64,000 nt of DNA from Octopus sinensis (lineage: Eukaryota), in NCBI RefSeq assembly GCF_006345805.1, contig NC_043013.1:34720001-34784000 (forward strand). The letters run 5' to 3'. Every line of letters begins with the position of its first letter. Within the stretch, counting starts at the first letter, position 1. The notes beneath the pieces are model-generated. The model had not been told where the DNA came from and made no database searches. It saw only the letters and a program-made list of their open reading frames with translations. Made by a program: the position numbers and the translations under genes. Positions 11,605 through 24,672 of the stretch are shown one piece after another.

Positions 11605-11878
11605 GGAGGCACATGGCCTAGTGGTTAGAGCAGCAGACTCGCAGTCAAGGGATCATGGGTTCAAATCTCAGACCGGGTGATGTGTGTGCTTATGAGCGAA
11701 ACACCTAAGCTCCACGTGGCTCCGGCAGAAGGTAATGGCAAACTTCTGCTTACTCTTTCGCCACAACTTTCTCTCAATCTTTCCTCCTGCATCTTGCCCA
11801 AGGTTCCACGCAGTGGGACTGAACCCGGAACGATGTGGTTGGTTAGCAAGCTACTTACCACACAGCCACTCCTGTGCC
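11605..11878. mobile_element. Chimera of a SINE C 5' half (+) and a SINE A head (-)
   Basis: The tRNA-like head GGAGGCACATGGCCTAGTGGTTAGAGCAGCAGACTCGC runs to ...CCTGCATCTTGC, then switches to the reverse A head CCCAAGGTTCCACGCAGTGGGACTGAACCC...ACTCCTGTGCC. Confidence 0.8.
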
Positions 11879-12063
11879 TATATATACAAACACATATATA
11901 TATGTTAAACACATCAATAAAACACAATCATACAAAACCACAAACACACCCACCCACACACACACACATACACACAAGCACAGAGGTGCACATTAAACAT
12001 ATATTTAAACAATCATAAGTTCACATAACACATTGCTACAAATGCATTCACACACAAACATAA

Positions 12064-12103
<40 letters not shown>

Positions 12104-13028
12104 CATACACACATACACCACCCCTACCACATACACATCAACTCCAACCTTTGAAATATTGCTATTTCCTATGTATGATATAATATCAAACAGGAAGAGC
12201 AAAGATTTAGAGACACCAATAGACATAAACAAAATAAGCAGCATTATTAACAAAGTCATTTGGTTCTTTAATTCTTACTGAACTGAAGATGTCTTTGTAA
12301 TTAGCAAGAATTATTTAGATTTCATTCTACACAAGAAGAAGGAAAGACAGTGATAAAGAGACATCACAATCTCTTAAAATTTATTCTTTGTTATTTTTCT
12401 TTAGTCAAATAATGCGATATGATGATGCAATCGGATGTGTATGAACGACATGAATGCATGTTTGTGTGCAATTGTGTGTTTTGTATTTCTCTGTGTGTGT
12501 ATGTATGTATGTATATGTTAGCATGTTTGTGTGTGTGTGTGTGTATATGTGTGTAGATATATGTATATATACATTACATGCAAACTTGTGTAATATGACA
12601 TATGTAATTAAATTTTAAACATGAGAGAGAGAAACACACACACACACACACACACACACCACACACACACACACATGTATACACGTTTGTGTATATGAAT
12701 ATGTGTGTGAATGTGTTTGCTTACACACACACAGAGACATATACACACGTACATTGACACACACACAGAGTTTTGAGTAAATCTGTCTTTGTACATAGAA
12801 AAACAATGACGCACAATATACCAGTATACACACATATATTGTATGTCCTTCATGTATGGTGCATGTATGCGCACGCACACACTCACACACGCATGCACAT
12901 ACACACACAAGAGAATATATAAATAAACATACACACACTCCATTACTGAAACTGTAAAATGTCTTGTTATATATAATCCAACACACACATACACACATAA
13001 ACATACCAACGCATTTAATTCAACAAAT

Positions 13029-13060
<32 letters not shown>

Positions 13061-13132
13061 ATATATGACTATATATATATATATATATAAATATATACAT
13101 GAATATATATATATATATTATATATATATATA

Positions 13133-13201
<69 letters not shown>

Positions 13202-13714
13202 TATAGATATATTACATATATATTTATATAATATATGCTCATATATAATAGATATAATATAGATGTTATATATATATGTTATATATCATAAATAAATATA
13301 TATATATATATAGGCACACATATACACAAGAGAAACTTGCACATATCATTTGTCTTGTATTCTAACGCAGTATAATAGAATATTTTTAAAAGTTCCTGTT
13401 CTATAGAAAATTATTTAATCATAGTTTGATGAGTAATAACTTCTTAGAATTCTTCAAAGGAAATTAGTAGGTAAAATATTATAGGCAAATTCTTAAAAAA
13501 ATAATAGAAGAATTACTTCTGGAAATGAAGAGACACAGAATGTTTTAAGTTCGTTATTGCAATCGTCATTGTTGATGCGGTTAGGAGGTGGTTGAGTGGT
13601 AGCGGTGTGAGGGTTTTTGTTGCCTGTTGGTGTTATTGTTATTGCGTATAAAAGTATTGTATATGATGCTTTGTACAATATTAATTCAATTATTAATTTG
13701 TTTTTAATGTTTTA

Positions 13715-13747
<33 letters not shown>

Positions 13748-14139
13748 TTGTATGTCTATATCATTCTGTCTAATTTGTTTGAGTATGTCTATGTGTTTAA
13801 GATACTGTCACATCTAAACTCACATATACTGATTAACATACATGTTTAGTTATGCACGCATACATATATACGCTTACACACACATACATCATAGTCATAT
13901 ACAGGCATACTGTCACATATGCATATACAAAAATATACATACATACATATGTGTGTGTGTGTATTATTCAGGCACATCACTTTATGTATATTTGTATATA
14001 TGTATATGGTATTTATATAAAATACTTATATATTTATACAGACACATGCATTTATATACATTAACACAAAAGTAGCTAGAAAGATGGATAGATAGTTAGA
14101 CATATTGACACACAGATAGAGTGACATATAATGATAGAT

Positions 14140-14660
<521 letters not shown>

Positions 14661-15233
14661 ATTAGTCATAAAGACAGAGAAACAGATAGGTAGAAAAATA
14701 AAAAGAAAGAGAAATAAAGATGGAGAGAGAAAGGGGGAGAGAAGGTTTGAGAAAGAAGAGAGGGAAATTATAAACAAAAGATAGATGAATATAACTAATA
14801 TTTTTTTTAATTAAAAAAAAAATGAAATATGAAACGAAAAAATGAATTGCAGTTTGTGAACGAGGTTAGAAAGGAATGAGGGGAAAAGTAGACAGGAAAT
14901 GAATGAAATATAAAAATGAAACCCAAAAAAAAATGAAGAAAAAAACAACAAAAGAAAACAAAATAACTGCATCAAAAAATACAAAAAACAGTATAAACTA
15001 AAGATAAATAAATAAATAAAATAAAACATAGGAATTATTAAAAATAAAGATGAATATGTAAAAATTTGTGGAAAGAAAAGCTTCGATGAGAACACCTGTA
15101 GATATTTTTAGAAAGTCGTTAGAGGAATGTAATTAACTATAAACAATATATATTCATTTGCCAACATCCGTTTTTGTTACCATTTTTCCCCTGAGGTGAT
15201 ATTGTCCTTTCTCCCTCAGAATATAATTATAAA

Positions 15234-15234
<1 letters not shown>

Positions 15235-15269
<35 letters not shown>

Positions 15270-15283
15270 CACTACTACCACTA

Positions 15284-15330
<47 letters not shown>
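15235..15330. repeat. (TAC/CAC)n trinucleotide repeat
   Basis: Directly visible. Confidence 0.95.
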
Positions 15331-15332
<2 letters not shown>

Positions 15333-15592
15333 AGGTAATCTTAGTTGTTGTGGCTAGTATCATTATAGTTATTAATATTGTCAATGTTATTAACTTTGAT
15401 CTCAAAGTAACTAATATTAATATTGGTGTTATTACCGTTGTAGTTGTTTTATTCACTATAAGTGTTGTTGTTGTTGTTGTTGTTGTTGTTTTGTATAATT
15501 AATGCCGTTACTGTTACTGCTATTTCTATGGCAACTTGTTATTTTTTTCTTTCGTTAATTATTTCTCTTAGTTTTTACTGTTTACTGTCATC

Positions 15593-15624
<32 letters not shown>

Positions 15625-15888
15625 CATCATCATTACCATCAACATTATCTTCAGTACCAACATCACTACCAACATCATCATCACTATCGTTCCGATCATC
15701 ATCATCGCTGTCAACATCATCATCACAATCATTATCTACATCATCATTATAATCATCAGCAGCAGCATTAACATCTTTACCAGCATCACCTCTAACATCA
15801 TTGCCAATATCATCACCAGCAATTATCCCTCACTTTGTGACTGACATCATCGATGTCACTACCGGCGCCATCAACAGCAACAACATCA

Positions 15889-16260
15889 GGAGGCGCAATG
15901 GCCCAGTGGTTAGAGCAGTAGACTCGCAGTTGGAGGATCGCGGTTTCGATTCCCAGACTGGGCGTTGTGGGTGTTTATTGAGTGTAAACACCTAAAGCTC
16001 CATGAGGCTCCGGCAGGGGGTGGTGGCGACCCCTGTTGTACTCTTTTCGCCCCAACTTTCTCTCACTCTTTCTTCCTGTTTCTTGTCCCCGACTTCCTAT
16101 GCAACCGCTGAGCCTGGATGCGCATTCATCCATCCGTCCATGCTCTCGGTGTCGGGGGTTGACCTGCTTTCTCTTCTGCGGGTCTTACGAATAGCAAAGG
16201 ACCACGTTTCGGACTTCTCCCATCTTGCAAGCTCTGGGACGAAGACCGTTCGCTCAACAG
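15889..16260 (+). mobile_element. SINE family C, tail variant C2, full length
   Basis: tRNA-like head with A box TGGCCCAGTGGTTAG and B box GGTTTCGATTCC. 17-bp TSD CAACAGCAACAACATCA at 15872 and 16261. Confidence 0.92.
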
Positions 16261-16531
16261 CAACAGCAACAACATCACTATCAGTAGCACCATAAGCAAC
16301 ATCAATATTACCACTAACATCATCACCAACATCATCACTACCAAAATCCCCACCACCACCACCACCACCACCATCACCATAACCATCACTACCATGATCT
16401 ACATTGTCACTCAGATCACTCGCTTACTTCATCACTACCATCAGCAACATCCGAGCAACATCCCCATGGGGATTAGAACTCAGAACAGTCAACCAAAATA
16501 TTCTGTAAGAAATCCATTCAACCCTTTAATG

Positions 16532-16839
16532 CAAGGATACTCAAACATTTTTTTTTTTTACCTATGGATCCCGTTGATTACTATTTTATTCTGGTGGACC
16601 CCCATAGTCATTCAATGTTTAAAAACTAGTTTTATAGAAAATTCTTTCAAAATTCCTATTTTGCTTTTCCCACATTAACTCATGTAGTTTGAACTATGTA
16701 AAACATTAGAGAAAGAAACCCACCTGTTTCTTGCAGTACATACTAATATAGACATCTAAAGCAGAAGTTTTTCAGGGGCTCTTAAAATACTATTGTGGAC
16801 CTTCAAAAATCTTATATGGACCCCATTTGAGAACCACTG
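16532..16839. mobile_element. hAT (Charlie-like) MITE, with a second partial copy at about 16845-17315
   Basis: Degenerate CAGGGGTTCTCAAAC-type left end and TTTGAGAACCACTG right end; the internal AAAAACTAGTTTTATAGA block is repeated. Related pieces at 18968-19221 and 40160-40237. Confidence 0.6.
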
Positions 16840-16930
16840 ACTTAAAAAACTAGTTTTATAGATACTTTTTTCAAATTACTATTTTGTTTTCCACACATTA
16901 ACTTGTGTAGGTTGAACTCTTTAAAATGTT

Positions 16931-17145
16931 CTTTTTCTGCTCAAGGCACAAGGCCCGAAATTTTGGGGGAGAGGGCCAGTCAATTAGATCGACTCCAGTG
17001 TTCAACTGGTACTTCATTTATCAACCACAAAGGGATGAAAAGTAAAGTTGGCCTTGGCGGAATTTGAACTCAGAATATAAAGACAGGCAAAATACCACTA
17101 AGCATTTCGCCCAGTATGCTAATGCTTCTGCCAGCTTGCTGCCTT
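16931..17145 (-). mobile_element. SINE family B nested in the hAT-like MITE
   Basis: 16-bp TSD AACTCT(T/G)TAAAATGTT at 16915 and 17146. Confidence 0.9.
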
Positions 17146-17381
17146 AACTCTGTAAAATGTTAGAAAAAGAAACCTAGCTGATTCTTGCAATAAATACCAG
17201 TACATACATCTAAGGCAACATTTTCCAGGGGCCCTTAAAATATTATTGTAAATCTCCAATTAACTATTTTGCTACATGGACACTCAGAGGCCATGTGAGC
17301 CCCAGTTGAGAAAATGATCATCATCATCCGCAACAGCATATGATACAGTCACCATTAATGTTTTCTTGACATGACATTTAA

Positions 17382-17603
17382 CCATTTAGCATTTAAACCA
17401 GCCATATCCGACCCCAAAATTCTACCTGTTTTATATTCAACGCAGCCACATCTGACCTCTCACACCTACCCTAAAATGTCATTCGAGAAATTAACAATAA
17501 CATCATTGAAATCTTGAAGCTATGAGATAAGGCATGATTAAATCAAACCAATGTGGATAAATAAACATTGCATTTGACAGAGTAAACTGAATGTTGTAAA
17601 GGG
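17382..17603. mobile_element. piggyBac-like MITE family P2
   Basis: TTAA-CCNTTTAGCATT ... AATGTT(G)TAAAGGG ends; homologous copies at 23088-23307 and 38072-38281. Confidence 0.7.
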
Positions 17604-17893
17604 ATAACAAAACAAGCAGCACAAACAGTGTAAAGCCCCCAACAAAATCTATAACCTCCATCTGTATAAACCGTTTTATGATCACTGAATATGCTAAGAT
17701 CAACTGTAAAAATCTCCCTTAAAATCACACCCTGGCATTTTATGGAATACATGGGAAAAAGACAAGTTGGTCACTGATGGAATTCTTTTGATCTGGCATC
17801 TACTTGATCAGGTTTGACTTCAGCTAAACAATATTTAGTACAACATTACTTAATGCTTTGAGGGAGGTTTGATCACTATTTCTAGCAAACATA

Positions 17894-18064
17894 GGCGTAG
17901 GAGTAGCTGTGTGGTAAGTAGCTTGCTTATGAACCACATGGTTCCGGTTTCAGTCCCACTGTGTGGCACCTTGGGCAAATGTCTTCTACTATAGCCCCGG
18001 GTTGACCAAAGCTTTGTGAGTGGATTTGGTAGATGGAGACTGAAAGAAGCCCGTCGTATATATG

Positions 18065-18097
<33 letters not shown>

Positions 18098-18330
18098 GTG
18101 TGTGCATATGTTTGTATGTGTGTGTGCATATGTCTGTGTTTGTCCCCACCCAATATCGCTTGACAACAGATGCTGGTGTGTTTATGTTCCCGTAATTTAG
18201 CATTTTGGCAAAAGAGACCAATAGAATAAGCACTAGGCTTACAACGAACAAGTCCTAGAGTTGATTTGCTCAACTAAAGGTGGTGCTCCAGCATGGTCAC
18301 AGCTAAATGGCTGAAACAAGTAAAAGAGTA
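17894..18330 (+). mobile_element. SINE family A, full length
   Basis: A box TAGCTGTGTGGTAAG, B box GGTTTCAGTCCC, internal (TA)/(TG) microsatellite, and GAAACAAGTAAAAGAG tail. Confidence 0.92.
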
Positions 18331-18472
18331 AACTATACAGACATTTCTCTGTTGTTTCTCCAATTACCAGACTTGAATATTGTTTTGTTTAGTTTAAAGT
18401 CAGTTCCAATCAATGAACTATGATATTCTAATGATGATGGTCTTTTTCCATCAGACATCGTGTCTCTTCATC

Positions 18473-18905
18473 ATCATCATCATCGTTTGACGTCCGCTTT
18501 CCATGCTAGCATGGGTTGGACGATTTGACTGAGGACTGGTGAACCAGATGGCTGCACCAGGCTTCAATCTTGATCTGGCTGAGTTTCTACAACTGGATGT
18601 CCTTCCTAACGCCGACCACTCCGAGAGTGTAGTAGGTGCTTTTTACGTGCCACCGGCACGGGGCCAGTCAGGCGGTACTGGCAACGACCTCGCTCGAATC
18701 TTTTACATATGCCACCGGCACAGGTGCCAGTAAGGCGATGTTGGTAATGATCACGCTTGAATGGTGTCTTTACGTGCCACCAGCACAGAGGCCAGATAGC
18801 CACTCTGGCAATGATCATGCTTGGATGGTGCTCTTAATACCCTACTAGCATGGGGCTCGAGTGACAATAAGGCGACGCTGGTAACAATCACACTCGAGTG
18901 GTGCC
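18473..18905 (-). mobile_element. Family D element with four internal 60-70-bp tandem units
   Basis: (ATC)n tail at about 18470. Units begin TTTTACGTGCCACCGGCAC at about 18642, 18702, 18770 and 18835 (last one diverged). Confidence 0.85.
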
Positions 18906-19724
18906 TTTGGACTACATTATTATCTTGGACTACATTATTATATTTGTCTTTTTCCTTTAGTTTATACCAGTGATTCTCTGGGGTCCATATAAGATTTTGA
19001 GGCTAAATGCTATACTTCTACAACACACAAAATACTTTAATAATTCTTTATACAGGTGTGGCTGTGTGACTGGGAAGCAAACTTCTTACCACATGGTCAT
19101 GCCTGCACTTATATAATATTATAGGGTTTTTTAAACATTGAATTGCTATAAGGGCCCACTTGAGTAAAAAAAAGTCATCACTAGGAGTCAATACGTAAAA
19201 AAGAGGGCTGAGAATCACTAGTTTACACCATAAAGCACAAACATGAAAATGTGGTTAAGAAGTTTGCATCCCAACCACATGGTTCCGGGTTCAGTCCCAC
19301 TGCATGGCACCTTGGGCAAATGTCTTCTACTATAGCTTCAGGATGATCAAAGGCTTTTGGTGTAATTTTCTACACAGAATCTAAAAGCAGTCCCTCATGC
19401 ATAAAAGTGTGTGTATGTGTGAATGTGTCTGTGTGCGTGCGTGTGTGCTAGTTTATGCTTGTATTTCTCCAAAATTTGCTAAGCTACAAGTGGCGTTGTT
19501 TCTATTTCCCAGAACAAAAACAGTCCATTGGCTTTGTGCCTTCAAAGACATGTAGAATTTGAGACCCCTTATTTGAAAGAAAAAGAAGCTGGGTGGGGTC
19601 ATGGTTATTGTTGGTGCTGCAGTTGTAATAGCGACAAGCAATGCATTTCTTCTTTCTTTTGCATTGTACAGTTGCTATTACTGTAATGGTGTTGACATTG
19701 CTATTATTGCTGTCGTTGCTGTTG

Positions 19725-20005
19725 CTGTTGAGCGAACGGTCTTCGTCCCAGAGCTCGCAAGATGGGAGAAGTCCGACACGTGGTCCTTTGCTATTCGTAA
19801 GACCCGCAGAAGAGAAAGCAGGTCAACTCCCCCCCCCCCGACACCAAGAACATCGACGGATGGATGAATGCGCATCCAGGTTCAGCGGTTGCATAGGAAG
19901 TCGGGGACAAAACACAGGAAGAAAGAGTGAGAGAAAGTTGGGGCGAAAGAGTACAACAGGGGTCACCACCACCCACTGGCAGAGCCTAGTGGAGCTTTAG
20001 GTGTG
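19725..20005 (-). mobile_element. SINE family C, tail variant C2, 5'-truncated
   Basis: Near-identical reverse complement of about 15990-16260. Confidence 0.92.
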
Positions 20006-20960
20006 GTTGCTGCTGATAGTGGTGATGGTAATGTTGCTATTGTTGTTGTTGTTGTTGTTGTTGTTGGTGTTACAATTGTTGTTGGTAATTTGGGTTGTAG
20101 AGATGTTGCTATTTGACATTGTTGACAGTATTGTTATTACTGTTGATAGTTATGATGTTGCTATTGCTGTCGGTGCTAGTAATAGGAATATAGAAATATT
20201 TCCACTACTGTCTGTGGTGGTGGCATGTTGGCATTACAACTATTATTGTTGTTGGTTTTGCTATCATAGTGATGCTAATTTTACTGCGGTGTTTCAAGTT
20301 TGTTGCCTTGGTGTTGCTATTGGTGCTCTTTGTTTGGTGTCACTTTAGTTTTCTTTCATAGTGTTGGTATTGCTATTGATGGTGGTCAGGTTCATGGTGT
20401 TGCTAATGCTATTGTTAAGGTGGGGATAGTGATGATGTTGCTATAATTGTCGTTGCTAGTAATGTGTTGCTATTCATATTGTTGGTGGTGTCACTGTCGC
20501 TGTTATTATTCTTACTGTGATGCAATTTTTAAATTCTAGTGTTGCTATTTTCACAGCTATGCTATTCCTATGTTTGTTACAGTGCTAATGCCACTATAGT
20601 TGTTGTCGTTAGTATTGCTAATGTTCCTGTTGTTGCTCTCAAGATTGACGTTGCTATTTCTCTGGTTGCTATTGCTGGGGCTGTTAATACCACTGTTGCT
20701 ATTTTTGGTGTTGTTAATACTACTGTCTGTAGCTGCTGGTGGTGTTATTGTAGGTGTTGGTGGCTTTGGCATTGCACTTGTTGTCATCGTTGCTAACGTT
20801 GTTGTTGCTTTTCTTGTGAGTAGTGGTGTTGGTAGAGCTGATAAATCTGTAATGAACATTAGATAGAAAAAAGAAGTTCTTGAATTAAATATCAGTTTGT
20901 TTTGTTGGTAGAGGTTGGTGCTGGTGGTAGGTGTGCAAGTTGGTAGATCAGCTTGATGGT
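20005..20960. repeat. Degenerate (GTT/GCT/GGT)-rich trinucleotide low-complexity tract
   Basis: Visible cryptic periodicity of 3; source of the Val/Leu/Thr-rich ORFs at 20.0-21.0 kb. Confidence 0.8.
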
Positions 20961-21374
20961 TAATGTGAGAGTGAGTGGGGAAGTGAGTGGTGAGCGGTAC
21001 TAGTTGATGGGGGGACACACAGACTAATTAGTGTTTTCTAATTAAGAGCTTGTTATTTTTCTGTTTGTGATTCTAAAATGAGAGAAACCATAATAGCCAG
21101 TTTGTTAAAGCTTAGTTCTCTCTCTCTCTCTCTTTCTCTCTATCTGTCAATCAATCTGTCTATCTCTCTCTTTTCAGGCCACACACACACAGACACACAC
21201 AAACACACCACACTCACACACAAACACCACACACACACCTTTACATATAGAGTTGCATACATACAAGAGTACAGACATATACACACACACAGTTTCTCCG
21301 TCAATGTTTCTATTACACATACACAAACATCTTGATATTGAATAGTTTCACAGAAACTTCTCTCCAAGTCACCC

Positions 21375-21412
<38 letters not shown>

Positions 21413-21596
21413 GATATAACATATATACATATATATCTACATAATATATAGATATATATTATATATATAATATATATATGTGTGTGTGTATATATATATA
21501 AACAATATATATAATATATATATATATATATACACACACTTACATACACCAACACACTTATGTCTGATATGTATGGATGTGTGTATGTGCTTGTGT

Positions 21597-21631
<35 letters not shown>

Positions 21632-21739
21632 TATATATACATATATTCTATATATATATATATATGTAGATATATATGTATATATATGTGTGTAATATAT
21701 ATATATATATATATATATATTTATGTATGTATATATACA

Positions 21740-21772
<33 letters not shown>

Positions 21773-21902
21773 ATATATATTATATACATATATATATTAT
21801 ATGTATATATAAATATATGTGTGTGTATGTATATAATCATCATCATCATCATTGTTTAATGTCTGCCTTCTATGCTGGCATGGGTGGGTGTGTGTGTGTG
21901 TT

Positions 21903-21952
<50 letters not shown>

Positions 21953-22509
21953 CAATTATATATACATATATATGCATACATATGTTCATTTATACACACA
22001 AACACACACATGCACACACAGACAGACACTCACAGACGCACATTTATAGAATGTATGTATGTATATGGTCAGACATACCCATAGATCGTCATCTTTTCTA
22101 GATTTGGGCACACAAACGTATAAATACATTATATCTATATACATGTATGCATGTCTGTTTGTGAGTGTGTGTGTAGTGGTGTGTGTGTGTGTGTTTGTCT
22201 ATATGTGTTTAATGACTAACTTACATACACATACTCCTGTATATTTCAACATATTCCATTTTCTTCATATAGACTTACTAATGTGGCCAAGGCTGTATCA
22301 TAAAATATAACAAGAAAACTACGTTAAAATTATCACATGATCAGAAACTTCACTGTTGCTTTTCTTGTTCTTTGTAGACACTCTTCAAGTCTGATGTGGC
22401 TCAGTCCCAGGATCTCTGATTTAGACAGAAACAATGTTGGGCCTCACGGAAGCAATGACAAGTGATCGAGACCATTCACGATATGCTGAGTTTGAGAAGA
22501 TTCATTAAG

Positions 22510-22855
22510 CGAAGTGAAACCATAGTCATGGCTGTTGACAGTCTGGTGTAAATGGCACCTGTGCCAGTGGCATGTTAAAAGCACTCATTACACTCTCTGG
22601 AGTGGTTGGCATTAAGAAGGGCGTTCAGCCATAGAAACCATGTCAAATCAGACTGGAACCTAGAGTAGCTCTCCAGCTTACCAGTTTCAAGTCAAACCTT
22701 CTAACCCATGCCAGCATGGAAAGAAGGCGTTAAAGGATGATGATGACGATAACGCGACGGCGACAATGACGTCGACGACAACGACGACAATGACGATGTC
22801 GAAGATATCGATGACGACGATGATGATGACAATGATAATGACGATGATGACGATA

Positions 22856-22890
<35 letters not shown>

Positions 22891-22925
22891 AATGATGACG
22901 ATGACGACAACGATGCCGACAATGT

Positions 22926-22972
<47 letters not shown>

Positions 22973-22995
22973 GTGATAATGATTCTGATGATGAT
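22510..22995 (+). mobile_element. Family D element whose tail has expanded into about 260 bp of (GAT/GAC)n
   Basis: GGAGTGGTTGGCATTAAGAAGGGCG...CCATGCCAGCATGGAAAGAAGGCGTTAAAG, then (GAT)n. Confidence 0.8.
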
Positions 22996-23087
22996 CTTGT
23001 GAACATAATGGTACGTACTCATTGTAAAGATGCTCAGGCAAAAAGAGATTAAGATTAATCTTACTGTTCACCCACCACCCAGATTAA

Positions 23088-23307
23088 CCCTTGAACATTC
23101 AGATTTGTCTGCCAAATGTATTACTTATTTATTCACGTTGATTAGACATAATCACGCATTACCTAGTAGCTTTGATATTTCAATGATGTGATTGCTCATT
23201 TTTAAAATAATATTGTAGGGCCAATGTAAGAAGCCATATTTGGCTAATTCAAAGATAAAACAGGCAGATTATTTTCGCAGGTTATGGCCAGTTTAGAATC
23301 TAAAGGG
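23088..23307. mobile_element. piggyBac-like MITE family P2 (opposite orientation)
   Basis: TTAACCCTTGAACATTCAGAT left end and TCTAAAGGG right end. Confidence 0.6.
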
Positions 23308-23639
23308 CTGCTTCTTGGTTACAATTTCATGGCTTCAAGCAGACAAAACTGTGTATTTGATTAAGGAGTTTTATTGTGTAACTGAATGCTTGCATGTTCA
23401 GTCCCATACAGTGGCATCTTGAGCAAGAACTATAACCTCAGGTTGAACCATGCCCTCTGTATAATACTGATAGACAGAAACTGTACAGAAGTGTGTTGCA
23501 TACACATGTGTGTGTGATGTTTTCCATGTCTCTCTTAATCTAGAGATCACTTGAAATAAGTGGTGTTCTGTATTTAGAGGTGTAGCAAGATTCAAAATCA
23601 AATCAACAAATTTCCAAGTTAAAATCACATGAGGAATGT

Positions 23640-24020
23640 TTGAATGTTGGAGGGATCATCTCCCTCTGACAAGTCATCCTAACGAGACGTCTGCATTGGC
23701 TGAGTCATGCTCTCCCTTGTCAGCCAGGAGAATTCATCTACAAAGCAATTTCCCCAGCTCCCCTTCAGGGTTGGCGAAAACGATGTGGTGGACAATGAAA
23801 AACCTGGCTGATGACGGTCAAGGCTGATCTGGAATCCAACCTAGCCCCCCATGTCTTTGGCGTTTGCAACTGGAATAGGGAGTGGTTGGAGATCACGCGA
23901 TCGTTAGCTTCAAATCGTCGGGCCTGATCGGCGTTTGTGAGAGATGCAGCATTGAGGATGAATGAAGCCAGCTCCACCCACCCCAGGTGAATGCTGTCTC
24001 AAGACAAGAAGAAGAAGAAG
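23640..24020 (+). mobile_element. RTE-type LINE 3' end with (AAG)n tail
   Basis: One frame with three internal stops: ...RRLHWLSHALP...GWRKRCGGQ*KTWLMTVKADLE...WNREWLEITRSLASNRRA*SAFVRD, a typical RTE ORF C-terminus. Tail CAAGACAAGAAGAAGAAG. Confidence 0.85.
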
Positions 24021-24169
24021 AAAGAGACATCATGTGATGCATCTTTCTAGAAGCTACTTGAATGTTCCTTTACAAAGCTTATAAATAGACACATTTTGAA
24101 CACCAAACTTCAGCTTTGTAGCCACCTGCAAATAAGCTAACCACATTTTCCTTTTGCTGTCTTTAACAG

Positions 24170-24229
24170 TCATTGTGATGACTCTTACTAATCGTAGAAA
24201 GCCGCAACAGTTTACTGACATGAACCTCA
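24170..24229 (+). CDS. Candidate 60-nt phase-1 internal exon of an unidentified host gene
   Basis: Branch-like GCTAAC, polypyrimidine TTTTCCTTTTGCTGTCTTTAACAG and donor CA/GTGAGT, in unique sequence. Open frame xIVMTLTNRRKPQQFTDMNL. No homology recognised. Confidence 0.3.
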
Positions 24230-24672
24230 GTGAGTAAATTTCCTCCTGTTTTGACAGCTTAATTACAGAAGCTTTTTAATCAACTATTCATAAGAGCCAC
24301 AGAAATTGTCCTTTCCAGTGTGTAAACTTTGTTGTCACATTTTTTATTCATGACCAACATGGAAAAATAGTTGTGCAGTGAAATAAAATTCTGTTAATTC
24401 TTCACAAGTGTTGTGCATCTGTTATACGCAATCAGAACCCAACTCACCTACCATCGTCTCTTATCCTTCATTCAATGTCTATCATGACAACAGTTAAGTA
24501 CAGTTAACAGCTCATGACAGAAGCTTGACAAACAGGGATTGATATAAGTACCTATATCAGAAAATAAGTATAGGGGTGGGTGCACAACATGGTCAGTTAA
24601 AATCCTTCAAGCAGTGCCCCAGAATGGTTACAATCTATGGTCAGAAGAAAGCAATGACAAAACAATATTTAA

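Noticed and set aside
12405-12440. Strong polypyrimidine acceptor followed by QIMRYDDAIGC
   Set aside because: The donor is weak (TGT/GTATGA) and runs into (TG)n; a chance signal is likely.
15889-15960. tRNA-like sequences at SINE heads (also 11605, 17894, 42860, 63560)
   Set aside because: They have A and B boxes but no complete cloverleaf or acceptor stem, and they continue into repeat bodies; these are SINE promoters, not tRNA genes.
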